Shown here: piece by piece, positions 1-11,304 of the stretch
How the letters are laid out: the number at the start of each line of letters is the position of its first letter
How positions within the stretch are numbered: position 1 is the stretch's first letter
Origin: Mobula hypostoma
Taxonomy: Eukaryota
Assembly: GCF_963921235.1 (NCBI RefSeq)
Contig: NC_086097.1
Location: forward strand, 128,218,001-128,282,000
Direction: 5' to 3'
Length of the DNA stretch: 64,000 nt
Made by a program: the position numbers and the translations under genes
Notes under the pieces: model-generated
The model's database searches: none
The model's input: only the letters and a program-made list of their open reading frames with translations
Told to the model about the DNA's origin: nothing

Positions 1-640
1 AAATACATAGATTGATTGTATGTCCATAAAGTGACACTAGGATATACATAAGGTGACTTGTGTAGAGGTGGAGCTAGTGGGTGGAGGTGTCAATCAGACT
101 TACTGCTTGGGGAAAGTAACTGCTTTTTAGTCTGGTGATCCCAGCGTGGATGCTACATGGACTCCTCCCTGATGGGAGTGGGACAAACAGTCCATGAGCA
201 GGGTGGGTGAGAACCATCATGATGTTATGGGCCCTTTTACAGCACCTATTGTAGATAAGTCCTTGACGGGGGGCGTAGGCTGGTGCCAGTGAGGCATTGG
301 GCAGTTTTGACTATCCATTGTAGAGTCTTCCTGTTTACTGCAGTGTGTAGTTTCCATACCAAGCAGTGATACATCCTGTCAGGATGCTCTCCACCGCACA
401 TCGGTAGAATGACGTTGAATATTGATGTGCAAAGTCCAGCTCTCTGCAGCCTCCTCAAAAAGTGGAGAGATTGGTGAGATTCCTTGACTGTGTAGGATGT
501 GTTCTGGGACCATGTGTTGTGTGGTGCACTCCCAGGAGTTTGAAACTGCTTGCAGTTTCCAGTATCGTGCCGCCAAACGAAGGTGGTGTGGGTGTGTGAA
601 TGGTGCAAGTTCTCCTAGTCGATAACTATCTCTCCTTGAG
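1..640 (-). mobile_element. Rex1/Babar-type non-LTR retrotransposon relic (RT C-terminal region), runs off window start
   Basis: Minus-strand translation gives QSLHFLRRLQRAG...CLVW...NRKTLQWIVKTAQ, typical of the Rex1 ORF C-terminus; frameshifted. Confidence 0.75.
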
Positions 641-899
641 CCTGGTGGCACATGTTCTGGCTCTTTCATCTTCTGCTTGATAGGAGTGGAGGGAAGAGAG
701 AATGGTCTGGTGTGGGAGGGGTCATAGGTCACATTGGCCGCATTCTCAAGGTAGCAAAATCAATAGTGGGGAGGCTGGCTTTTGCAATGGACTGTGCTGT
801 GTTCACAGATCTCTGCAATTTCAGTTCTTAGTCAGAGCAGCTGCCTTATCAGGCCGTTATGGTTCAGAGAGGATGCTTTCTATGGTGCAACTATAAAAG

Positions 900-1892
900 A
901 ATCAGAAACAGATTCACCTTTATTATCCCTGGCATACCGTATGTCGTGAAATTTGCTGGTTTACAGCAGCAGTACAGTTTAATACATAAAAATTTACCAA
1001 AAGTTACAATAAGAAATGCATTAAAAGAAAATTGTGCAAAATGAGAAGAAGTAGTGAGGTGGAGTTCACAAACCCTTCAAAATTCTAATGACAGAAGGGA
1101 AGAAGCTGTTCTGAAAACATTGAGTGTGCACTCTTGGGCTCCTGTACCTCCTTCCTGATGGGAATAATGAGAAGAAAGCATGTTCTGAATGATGAGGGTC
1201 CTTCAAGATGGATGCCACCTCCTTAAGGCACTGTCTTTAGAAGACGTTCTCAGTAGTGGAAAGGCTGGTACCTATGATGGAGCTGGTTGATTCCACAACC
1301 CCCTGCAGCTTTTTCTTGTCCCATGCATTGGAGCCTCCATACCGGACGGTGATGCAACCAATCAGAATGCTTCATAGATCTCCGTACGTCTGTAGAAATT
1401 TGCTGGAGATATCAGCATCAGTATTTTGGGCCCAGGATAGATGCTTTGAGATGTCGACACCCAGGAACTTGAAGCTGCTCACCTCTTGTGCTGTTGACCC
1501 CCTCGGGCTTGTTCACTCACAATCCCAATGCAATCTGACAGAGCATGAGGATCTTTTGTAAAGAAGAATAAGAATGGGGAAAATTGCAGTGTCCAGATGT
1601 GCAAAGCTGATGGAGACCTATCCACACAGACTCGAGGCTGTAGTTACTGCCAAAGGTGCATCTACTAAATACTGACTTGAAAGGGGTGAGAAATTATCCA
1701 ATCAATTTTATATATTATTGTAATTAGTGAGGATTGGTGTGTACTCTCCTGACTTCCCCATCCTGAAGCCCAAGATCAATTCCTTGGTCTTTATGACAAA
1801 GAGTACAAGGTTGTTGTGACGCCTCTCAATCAGCTGATCTATCTCACTCCTGTACACCTCCTTATCACCATCAGAGATTCTGCCAACCATAG
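900..1892 (-). mobile_element. Rex1/Babar LINE relic, interrupted by a Tc1 fragment and by the CR1 at 1893; short continuation at 3966-4040
   Basis: [19 protein letters not shown]...NNLVL..KTKELI..FR peptide (ORF 1708-1890); 3' tail near 900. Confidence 0.75.
1505..1715 (+). mobile_element. Tc1/mariner transposase 3' relic
   Basis: Degenerate translation ..NLTE..KEE..WGKIAVSRCAKLMETYPHRLEAVVTAKGASTKY* (stop at 1673-1675) matches the Tc1 C-terminus. Confidence 0.75.
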
Positions 1893-3965
1893 AAGGAAGG
1901 ATTCAAAGGGGGGAAAGTGGCCACAGTGGTTGACAAAGGAAGTCAGAGATAGCAAAGCATTAAAAAGGAAGTATAACAGAGCTAAGGTGAGTGGGAAGAC
2001 GGATGACTGGGAAATTTTTAAGGGACAACAGAACTTAACTAAAAAGGCAATACGGGGAGAAAAAATGAGGTATGAATGCAAGCTAGCTAGGAATATAAAG
2101 GAGGATAGCAAAAGTTTTTTTAGGTATGTGAAGAGAAGGAAGATAGTTAAGAACAATGTTGGGCCCTTGAAGAATGAATTAGAAGAAATTGTTATGGGAA
2201 ACAGAGAAATGGCAGATGAATTTAATAAGTACTTTGGATCTGTCTTCACTAGGGAAGACACAAGCAATCTCCCAGATGTATGTATGGGCCAAGGACATAG
2301 GGTAACAGAGGAACTGAAACAGATTGACATTAGGAAGGAAACGGTGATGAGTAGACTGATGGGACTGAAGGCTAACAAATCCCCAGGTCCAGATGGTCTG
2401 CATCCTAGGGTACTAAAGGAGGTGGCTCTGGAAATTGCGGATGCATTGGTGATCATTTTCCAATGTTCCTTAGATTCAGGATCAGTTCCTGAGGATTGGC
2501 GAATGGCTAATGCTATCCCACTTTTTAAGAAAGGAGGGAGGGAGAAAACAGAGAACTATCGCCCTGTTAGCCTAACATCAGTAGTGGGGAAGATGCTAGA
2601 GTCCATTATTAAAGATGAAATAGCGGCATATCTTGATAGCAGTGATAGGATTGGGCCGAGCCAGCATGGATTTACCAAGGGCAAATCATGCTTGACTAAT
2701 CTATTGGAATTTTTCAAGGATGTAACCAGGAAGATAGACATGGGAGATCCCGTAGATGTGGTGTACATTGACTTTCAGAAGGCATTCGATAAGGTACCAC
2801 ATGGGAGATTGGTGGGTAAAATCAGAGCTCATGGCATTGGGGGGAGGATATTGATATGGATAGAAAACTGGTTGGCAGATAGAAAGCAAAGGGTAACAGT
2901 GAATGGGTGTTTCTCGGAATGGCAGGTGGTGACTAGTGGGGTGCCACAGGGCTCGGTATTGGGACAACAGCTGTTTACGATTTACGTCAATGATTTAGAG
3001 GAAGGCATTGTGAATAACATCAGCAAGTTTGCTGATGATACTAAGCTGGGTGGCAGTGTGACATGTGATGAGGATGTTAGGAGAATTCAAGGTGACTTGG
3101 AAAGGCTGGGTGAGTGGGCAGAAACTTGGCAGATGGCGTTTAATGTGAATAAGTGTGAGGTTATTCACTTTGGGAGCAAGAACAGGAAGGCAGATTATTA
3201 TCTGAACGGTGTGGCGTTAGGTAAGGGAGAAATGCAAAGAGATCTAGGAGTACTTGTTCATCAGTCTGTGAAGGTGAATGAGCAAGTGCAGCAGGCTGTG
3301 AAGAAGGCTAATGGAATGTTGGCCTTTATTACGAAGGGAATTGAGTACAAGAGCAAGGAAATCCTTTTGCATTTGTACAGGGCCCTGGTGAGACCACACC
3401 TGGAGTATTGTGTGCAGTTTTGGTCTCCAGGGTTAAGGAAGGACATCCTGGCTGTGGAGGAGGTGCAGCGTAGGTTCACTAGGTTAATTCCTGGGATGTC
3501 CGGACTGTCTTACGCAGAGAGGTTAGAGAGACTGGGCTTGTACACGCTGGAATTAAGGAGATTGAGGGGGGATCTGATTGAGACATATAAGATTATTAAG
3601 GGATTGGACAAGATAGAGGCAGGAAATATATTCCAGATGCTGGGAGAGTCCAGTACCAGAGGGCATGGTTTAAGAATAAGGGGTAGGTCATTTAGGACAG
3701 AGTTGAGGAGGAACTTCTTCTCCCAGAGAGTTGTGGAGGTGTGGAACGTGCTGCCTCAGAAGGCAGTGGAGGCCAATTCTCTGGATGCTTTCAAGAAGGA
3801 GCTGGATAGGTATCTTATGGATAGGGGAATCAAGGGTTATGAGGACAAGGCAGGAACTGGGTATTGATAGTAGATGATCAGCCATGATCTCAGAATGATG
3901 GTGCAGTCTCGAAGGGCCGAATGGTCTACTTCTGCACTTATTGTCTATTGTCTATTGTCTATTGT
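1893..3965 (+). mobile_element. CR1-clade LINE, 5'-truncated, young copy
   Basis: RT ORF, 3' UTR, (CTATTGT)n tail; CATAG repeated at 1888-1892 and 3966-3970 (TSD); flanks rejoin as Rex1 sequence. Confidence 0.95.
1894..3867 (+). CDS. CR1 ORF2 reverse transcriptase, 5'-truncated (no endonuclease domain, no native start codon)
   Basis: Uninterrupted frame with KSPGPDGLHP, NYRPVSLTS, QHGF, DFQKAFDKVPH, GVPQGSVLG, KFADDTK and LVRPHLEYCVQFWSP motifs. Confidence 0.85.
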   Translation, partial: RKDSKGGKWPQWLTKEVRDSKALKRKYNRAKVSGKTDDWEIFKGQQNLTKKAIRGEKMRYECKLARNIKEDSKSFFRYVKRRKIVKNNVGPLKNELEEIVMGNREMADEFNKYFGSVFTREDTSNLPDVCMGQGHRVTEELKQIDIRKETVMSRLMGLKANKSPGPDGLHPRVLKEVALEIADALVIIFQCSLDSGSVPEDWRMANAIPLFKKGGREKTENYRPVSLTSVVGKMLESIIKDEIAAYLDSSDRIGPSQHGFTKGKSCLTNLLEFFKDVTRKIDMGDPVDVVYIDFQKAFDKVPHGRLVGKIRAHGIGGRILIWIENWLADRKQRVTVNGCFSEWQVVTSGVPQGSVLGQQLFTIYVNDLEEGIVNNISKFADDTKLGGSVTCDEDVRRIQGDLERLGEWAETWQMAFNVNKCEVIHFGSKNRKADYYLNGVALGKGEMQRDLGVLVHQSVKVNEQVQQAVKKANGMLAFITKGIEYKSKEILLHLYRALVRPHLEYCVQFWSPGLRKDILAVEEVQRRFTRLIPGMSGLSYAERLERLGLYTLELRRLRGDLIETYKIIKGLDKIEAGNIFQMLGESSTRGHGLRIRGRSFRTELRRNFFSQRVVEVWNVLPQKAVEANSLDAFKKELDRYLMDRGIKGYEDKAGTGY

Positions 3966-5822
3966 CATAGTTGTATCATGATGAAGTTATAGAATATCAC
4001 TTGAGTTGTATTGGATCAAATCGGTGAGGGAATGTAGGCAGAAATTCTGAGTGTAACGATTGTTTCCCAAAGATCTTTCCTAAGATTTCCAGGATATTTT
4101 ACTGCAGGACTAGTTTATAAATATAAGAAAGTCAGGACAGTTCATGTGATTTATCTTGATTGCAGTGAAAAACTCTGCAACCTATGCTGATAGTTAGGTG
4201 GAGGAGCTGTGACAGTGTCTTCAGGAATTCCATCCTAAACAATAGATGTGGTGAAACCTTGAAGCTGCAACCTGTTTCTTGAAATACCATTAATGTTGGC
4301 AGTTTTACCATTATCACAGCTGCAAAATCCAGGCCAACTATTCCTGGCAACACTTTAACTATGCAGTACAATCATGTGGTAAAAATTGTTTTTCCTTCTG
4401 TAAGGGCACATCCTAACAACAGAAATCTCAGGGTGCAGTTTAAGTGCTGTTGGACTGATTTTCTTTGGAGTTTTACAGAACAGTGACAAGTTTTGTTTTG
4501 TATTTCAGATATTTGAATGCATTCTCTGACTTGGATTAAACTATGTTTGAAACAGAAGAATGAAATGATGCTTGTCTGGAAGTGATTTGAAGCCAGTAGA
4601 GTAATCCATTCGAAAAATTAATGTCACATTATAAACCTCCTGAACAAAACTTCAGCAGTTTGTAGTCAAAACTGAAACCCTGGGATTAGATTACAGTTAT
4701 TGTATTCTTTATAATTGATACCAGTTTAATTTTATGTGGATGGTTTGTCTGTTTGTGTTTATGAACTGAAATACCTTGGTGAATACCAGTTATCAGTACT
4801 CAGTTTTCAAAGACAGGATTAGCGCTATTAATCTTCCAGATAATCAAGAATTAATCTGCAACGGAGGACGAAAGTACTCCCTGTCCAGTTTATGTTAACT
4901 GTGTCGGTCTTATTACATTTGACATTTGCAGATCTGGAGGGTGTGCACAGTCATCATTCAACACAACACTAGTTACTCTGCAAGCCGAGCATCTCCACAA
5001 CAAAGTGGAAATTTCTCCTGGTAGACCCTGATTAGAAAAGCTGTACAAATCCAATCAGTCTCGTCAATCAGCATAGTGACAGCAGCTGTGATCAACAGTG
5101 TTATCAAGCGATACCTTCTCACAAATAACCTGTTAAACAATGCCTGGTTTGGGATTTACTGGGATCACTGAATTTGATATTATCATAACCTTAGTCCAAT
5201 CACAGACCAAGAAATGAGCCCTGTCCTGATGAATGAACTTGACCTGAAATGTCAACTGCCCTTTTCCTGCCATTGATGTTGCCTGATCTACTGAGTTTGT
5301 CCAGCATTTTATATCTTGTTTCAGATTGATAGCAAATTCAGTCTTTCCTGTGTCTCTACAGAGGCAAGACAGATGGCTCTTGACATCAAGGCAGTATCTG
5401 AGCAATGTGGAATTAAGGCAAACATGAACAATGGGCATCAGAGGCAAAACACTTGAGTGACTGAAGTCAGACTTTGCATAAAGGAAGATGCCTGTGGTTG
5501 TTTGAAGTCAACCCTAGTATATCATGAGACCATAAGGTCATAAGATATATGAGCAGAATTAGGCCATTTGGCCCATCGAGTCTGCTCCGCCATTTCATCA
5601 TGACTGATCCAGTTCCCTCTCAGACCCAGTCTCCTGCCTTCCCCAGCTGGTGTTCTTCAGGGCAGTGACCTACTCCCGATATCTTCAGCTGCTTCATCAT
5701 TCACCTTTCTTCCACCACAAGGTCAGCAGTGGGGATGTTTTACTAATGAATGCATGAATGTTCAATTCCTTTTACAGCTCCTTCACAATTAAAGCAGCCT
5801 ATATCAGCATGCAACAATCAGA

Positions 5823-6041
5823 CAACATACATCAAAGTTGCTGGTGAACGCAGCAGGCCAGGCAGCATCTCTACGAAGAGGTACAGTCGACGTTTCAGGC
5901 CGAGAGAGTAGTCCTGACGAAGGGTCTCGGCCTGAAACGTCGACTGTACCTCTTCGTAGAGATGCTGCCTGGCCTGCTGCGTTCACCAACAACTTTGATG
6001 TGTGTTGCTTGAATTTCCAGCATCTGCAAAATTCCTGTTGT
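5823..6041 (+). mobile_element. Penelope-like element terminal fragment in inverted-repeat (hairpin) configuration
   Basis: 83-bp arms at 5823-5905 and 5925-6007 with 2 mismatches and a 19-nt spacer; GATGCTGCCTGGCCTGCTG...CCAGCATCTGCA end motif; ATGCAACAAT on both flanks (5809-5818, 6042-6051). Confidence 0.8.
5910..5945 (+). ncRNA. Minimal type I hammerhead ribozyme motif (Penelope-type)
   Basis: AGTC-CTGACGA-AGGGTCTCGGCCT-GAAA-CG-TC|GACT: conserved CUGANGA and GAAA core, AGTC/GACT stem I, GUC cleavage triplet, palindromic ACGU stem III. Confidence 0.75.
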
Positions 6042-6051
6042 ATGCAACAAT

Positions 6052-7668
6052 ATCAGAATCAGGTTTATTATTACCGGCATATGTCATGAAATTTGTTAAC
6101 TTAACAGCAGCAATTCAATGCAATAAATGATATAGAAGAAAAAAAAACATAAATAAGTAAATCAATTATAGTATACATACTTGAATAGATTAAAAATTGT
6201 GCAAATACAGAAATAATATATATTTTTAAAAGTGAGGTAGTTTTCAAGGGCTCAATGCCCATTTAAGAATCGGATGGCAGAGGGGAAGAAGTTGTTCCTG
6301 AGTCGCTGAGTGTGTGCCTTCAGGCTTCTATACCTCCTATCTGATGGTAACAGTGAGAAAAGAGCACACTCTGGGTTCTGGGGGTCCTTAATAATGGATA
6401 CTCCCTTTCTGAGACACCGCTCCTTGAAGATGTCCTGAGTATTTTGTAGGCTAGTACCCAAGATGGAGCTGACTAAATTTACAATCCTCTGCAGTTTCTT
6501 TCAGTCCTGTGCAGTAGCCCCCCCATACCAGATGCAGCCTGTCAGAAAGCTCTCCACAGTACATCTGCAGAAGTTTTTGAGCGTATTTGTTGACATACAA
6601 AATCTCTTCAAACTCCTAATATAGTATAGTCACTGTCTTGCCTTCTTTATAACTGCATCGATATGTTGGGACCAGGTTAGATCCTCAGAGATCTTGACAT
6701 CCAGGAACTTGAAACTGCTCACTCTCTCCACTTCTGATCCCTCTATAAGGATTGGCATGTGTTCCTTTGTCTTACCCTTCCTGAAGTCCACAATCAGCTC
6801 TTTCGTCTTACTGATGTTGAGTGTCAGGTTGTTGCTGCTACACTACTCCACTAGTTGGCATATCTCGCTCCTGTACGCTCTCTCATCACCATCTGAAATT
6901 CTACCAACAATGGTTGTATCACCAGCAAATTTATAGATGGTATTTGAGCTATGCCTAACCACACAGTCATGGGTATAGAGAGAGTAAAGCAGTGGGCTAA
7001 GCACACACCCTTGAGGTGCACCAGTGTTGATCGTCAGTGAGGAGGAGATGTTATCACCAATCCACACAGATTGTGGGCTTCCAGTTAGGAAATCGAGAAT
7101 TCAATTGCAGAAGGAGGTACAGGGGCCCAGCTTCTGTAACTTCTCAGTCAGGATTGTGGGAACGATGGTATTAAATGTTGAACTATAGCCGATGAACAGC
7201 ATCCTGATGTAGGTATTTCTGTTTTCCAGGAAATCTCAAGCCGTGTGGAGATTGTGTCTGCCATTGACCTATTTTGGCAATAGGCAAATAGATAATGGGT
7301 CCAGGTTCTTGCTGAGGCAGGAGTTCAGTCTAGTCATGACCAACCTCTCAAAGCATTTCATCACTGCAGATGTGAGTGCTACTGGGTGATAGTCATTAAT
7401 GCAGCTCACATTATTCTTCTTAAGCACTAGTATAATTGTTGCCTTTTTGAAGCAAGTGGGAACTTCCACCCATAACAAGGAGAGATTGAAAATGTTCTTG
7501 AATACTTCTGGTTGGCACGTGTTTTCAGAGCCTTACCAGATACTCCATCGGGACCTCCGGCCTTGCGAGGGCTCACCCTCTTTAAAGACAGCCTAACCTC
7601 AGCCTCTGACACAGAGATCACAGGGTTATCAGGTGCAGCAGGGATCTTCACAGCTGTAGTTATATTCT
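6052..7668 (-). mobile_element. Rex1/Babar LINE, 5'-truncated, frameshifted RT
   Basis: [71 protein letters not shown] peptides; (GATTCT)n-type tail at the 6052 end. Confidence 0.9.
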
Positions 7669-7774
7669 ACCTTTCAAGACTTGAACAACATAAACATAGT
7701 CTGATAAATGGGCAAATAACAATAGTGCACTCCGGCAATGACAATGAAAGAGGAATTCTGATCAGCTGCCATTA

Positions 7775-8370
7775 ATTTTCATTGGTATGACTTTCACTAA
7801 ATTTGGTACATCATCAAAGCCTATAGCAAATTTCTGTAGATTTACAGTGGAGAGCACTCTGACTGGCTGCAATATAGAACCTCTAATGTGCAGGTTTGAA
7901 AGAAGCTGAAGAGGCTGGATTCAGCCAGCTCCATCACAGGCATTGTGCTCCTCATAAACGAGGACATCTTCAAAAGGTGGTACCTCAAGAAGGTGGCATC
8001 CATCATTAAGAACACTCACCATTCAGGATGTGCGCTCTTCTCATTACTACCAATGGTAGGAGGAGCTGGAGCCCAAAAATTGTACTTTAATTTGCTGCTC
8101 CCACTTAACAACAAATTTCACAACATAAGCCAGTGGTAGTAAACTTGATTCTGAGTCTGAGATTCACACTTAATGTTTTAGCTCTAGCTTCTTCCCCACT
8201 GCCATCAGGTTTCTGAACAGTCTATGAATCCACAAACTCTATCTCACTATTCCTCTATTGCACAATTTATTTATTTATTTGTAGCTTATAGTCATGTTTA
8301 TGACTTGCACTGTACTGTGGCTAAAATAAATTCAGAGTTACAGTATGTCAGGGCCAATTCTGATATTCTG
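7775..8370 (+). mobile_element. Rex1/Babar 3' relics
   Basis: YLKKVASIIKNTHHSGCALFSLLP peptide; GATTCTGA tails. Confidence 0.65.
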
Positions 8371-10327
8371 AGATATTCTAGGAGGTCAGCATTAACTAGA
8401 AATTCAAATGCACCAACCATTTAAATACTCTGGCTACAAGAGTACGTCAGAGGCTTCAAATTGTTCCTGTTTATTCCTCTGTGACCCTTGTGATTCATGC
8501 ACTATGACATTCCAAAAAGGGTACTGAGGCAAACATGCAGGATTTCTGGTAAAGTGTTAAACCATGAATTGTATCAGCTATCTGGAGCAGCACAGGGGTG
8601 TAGTGTGTAGATTTGCTGCTCTATAGTGCCAACAACCCACGTTCATTCCAGACGTCTGATGCTACATGACTAACTTTCGAAAAATTCAAATATACTACTC
8701 GCACAGATTAGACCTATTCATTTTTTTCAATTAAAATGTAAAAGAAAACTCTTATAGTTCTGTTAAATATAATTTCACTTCCATCATGCCCTGGATAATT
8801 TAAGTGCCAATAGCTTAACTAAAGTTATGTTCTTAAGAGTCTGTGAGAATTCCCATACATCTTGGAGCACTTATAGGATCTCCTCAGAACTTTGAACACC
8901 TCTTGTAGTTGGGCTTGCTTACATACAATAATTTCTTACATGGAACAGTCACCATAGAAACAGTCCCTTCAGAAAACCATGTCTGTGCCAATCATAATGC
9001 ATATTAAATTAATTCCATCACATGCACATGATTCCTCCATTACCTGCCTGTTCATGGGTCTGTCTAAGTATTCCTTAAGCACTGCTATTGTGTTTGTTTG
9101 CACCACAGGTGTGGAGACTGTCCATGGTGTTGTTGGCCTGACCCATGCCCCTTTACTTGGCTCAATGTTTCAAGAACCTGTACTCAGACTGCTTCAGAAC
9201 TAGAGTAACTTGACATCACCAGGGGCCTAATAGAAGCCTACAACCTTGGATTTAGCTGCTTTACCTCTGTCTCTGGCAGTTGAACAGCTTGTCCACTTAT
9301 AGGCTTGATTCAAATTGGTAACCGATTGATCTCAGACATTAAGGCAAGGAAAGGGCTAGGACCAAGCTCATTCTTTATTCATCCCCAACCTCCAATCACT
9401 GAATTTCAAATCCTTATAGCCTGTGTCTTAGTTATAGGAAACCCATGTTTTGCATCTTTCCTCCTTCATGTCTGAAGCCTTTGAATAAAATAACCTACCA
9501 GACTTTTAATGTAACAATAATAGTCTTCCAAGCGTAAAGTTGCAGCATTTCTTCTGAAACACCTTTATATTAAACAATTTTTAAGCAAGAAAGTGGGTTG
9601 TTGTATTGAGCAAAGAACAGAAGGGAATTTATGTTGGCATTGCATTTTGGAGATCAGCCTTTTTCTGTGTTTGAAATGCATGAATTTAATTATTATTTTG
9701 GCAAAACACATACAATCTTTGCAGTGTTCTTTGAACTGGCTTACATATCCAAACTGAAGCAGTAATGTGGCTAAATTTAGATTTATTTAAACTAGATACT
9801 GAAGCGTATTGCCAATGTCGTTATGGTGAGGGTGTTTCCTCTTGTGAGAGACTCAAGAACAAGGGGGTCACTGTTTAAAAACAAAGGACAAGGTGATTTT
9901 ATTTTCTCTTAGAGGCAAAGTGAATTTTTAAAACTATCCTCCTGAAAAAGTGAGGGAATCAGTGTCTGGTTATTTTCAAATAGAGGTAGATTTTTTTTAT
10001 GATAAGCAAAGGAGCAAATGATTACTTTGTGGAGTTGAGCTTACATTTAGTTCCACTATGATGTTTTTAAAATACAGCAGACTTTTGTCCTTGCATTCTT
10101 TCTCCTTAGTCTCATTACTTTGTTATACCTAATGATTCCTTTACAGTATATGTTGTATGTTGTCAGCTTTCATCTTTTTTGCTTTGTAACATCTGGGTGT
10201 CCATTGAAGACCAATGTGATCAAATTATATGGACTGTTTAATTTTAGTTGGTTAGGGCTGGTTTACTGACTATCTCTAATTTATAGGTAGCTTTATATTT
10301 TTAGCTGAACAAATTACTTAGTTAGAG

Positions 10328-10407
10328 CAGGGGTTCCCAACCTGCAGTCCATGGACCCTTTGGTTATTGGTAAGGCTCCATGGCGTAAAAAAGGCTGAGA
10401 ACCCCTG
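10328..10407. mobile_element. hAT (Charlie-like) MITE, 80 bp
   Basis: Termini CAGGGGTTCCCAACCT / AGGCTGAGAACCCCTG; perfect 8-bp TSD AGTTAGAG (10320-10327, 10408-10415). Confidence 0.85.
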
Positions 10408-10869
10408 AGTTAGAGCCCAGCCTGGCAAAGGATAGAAGCCATTGACCTAGAATTTGCAGTGTTTTTTTTTATTTTTAACTATTTTTTCCTTGCCTGCATC
10501 ACTCTCTGAATATTTGTGTTGCAAATTTGAATCACCAAGGCGGTGCTTTGAAGAATGGGACCTTGTTGAATGTCAGAGCCCGCAGTCTAACCGTTATTTC
10601 AGTTGTTCCTCCTTTGATTCAGACTGAGCCAACGTAGATCAGTGACACTGCAGGAATAGGAATATCAACTGCTGTACCAGTTATAACTCTCTGTGGCAAC
10701 TTTGATATGCATTTACAACACAAACTTAACAGTTAAAAGCTCCAGTTATCTGGAGCCAAAGAACAAAAGAGCAAAAGGTAATTCAGTTATTTGTGACACC
10801 TACAAATCACAGGGTATCTCCTCCTTCTGGAAAATGCTGGTATACTAAAATTGAGATGAGCATTAATCT

Positions 10870-11300
10870 TGGTGAGATTTCTCCAACAAATTCTTGTTCA
10901 ACTTGTTATGGCAACTGCTCTGCCCAAGACTGCCACAAATTGCAGAGAATTGTGAACTCAGCCCAGTCTATCGTGAAAATAGATTTCCTTCCACTGACTC
11001 TGTTTACATTCCTACTGCCTCAGGAAAACAGCTAACATAATCTAATATGTCCCCCAACCTATGCTGGTCACTGTCCCCTCTCCCACTGGGCAAAAGATAC
11101 AAAATCTTGAGAACACCACCAGTCTCAAGAACAGCTCTAGTCCTCTGTTAAAAGGCACTTGAATGGACCTCTTATATGATAAGGATGAACTCTGAACCTG
11201 AACTGCACTTTCTCTGTAAGTATATTTTGCATTCTTTTTTTTAAAATTCCTCTTCTACTACCTCAATGTATGGAATAATATGTATGGCATGAAAAACAAT
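10870..11300 (+). mobile_element. Rex1/Babar 3' relic
   Basis: CYGNCSAQDCHKLQRIVNSAQSI peptide and downstream Rex1-like 3' sequence. Confidence 0.65.
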
Positions 11301-11304
11301 CTCT

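Noticed and set aside
1816..1892. N-terminal extension of the 683-aa ORF
   Set aside because: Antisense Rex1 sequence upstream of the TSD, in frame by chance
5804..6089. Mirror-image ORFs on both strands sharing MLVNAAGQAASLRRGTVDV
   Set aside because: Artefact of the 83-bp inverted repeat; not a protein
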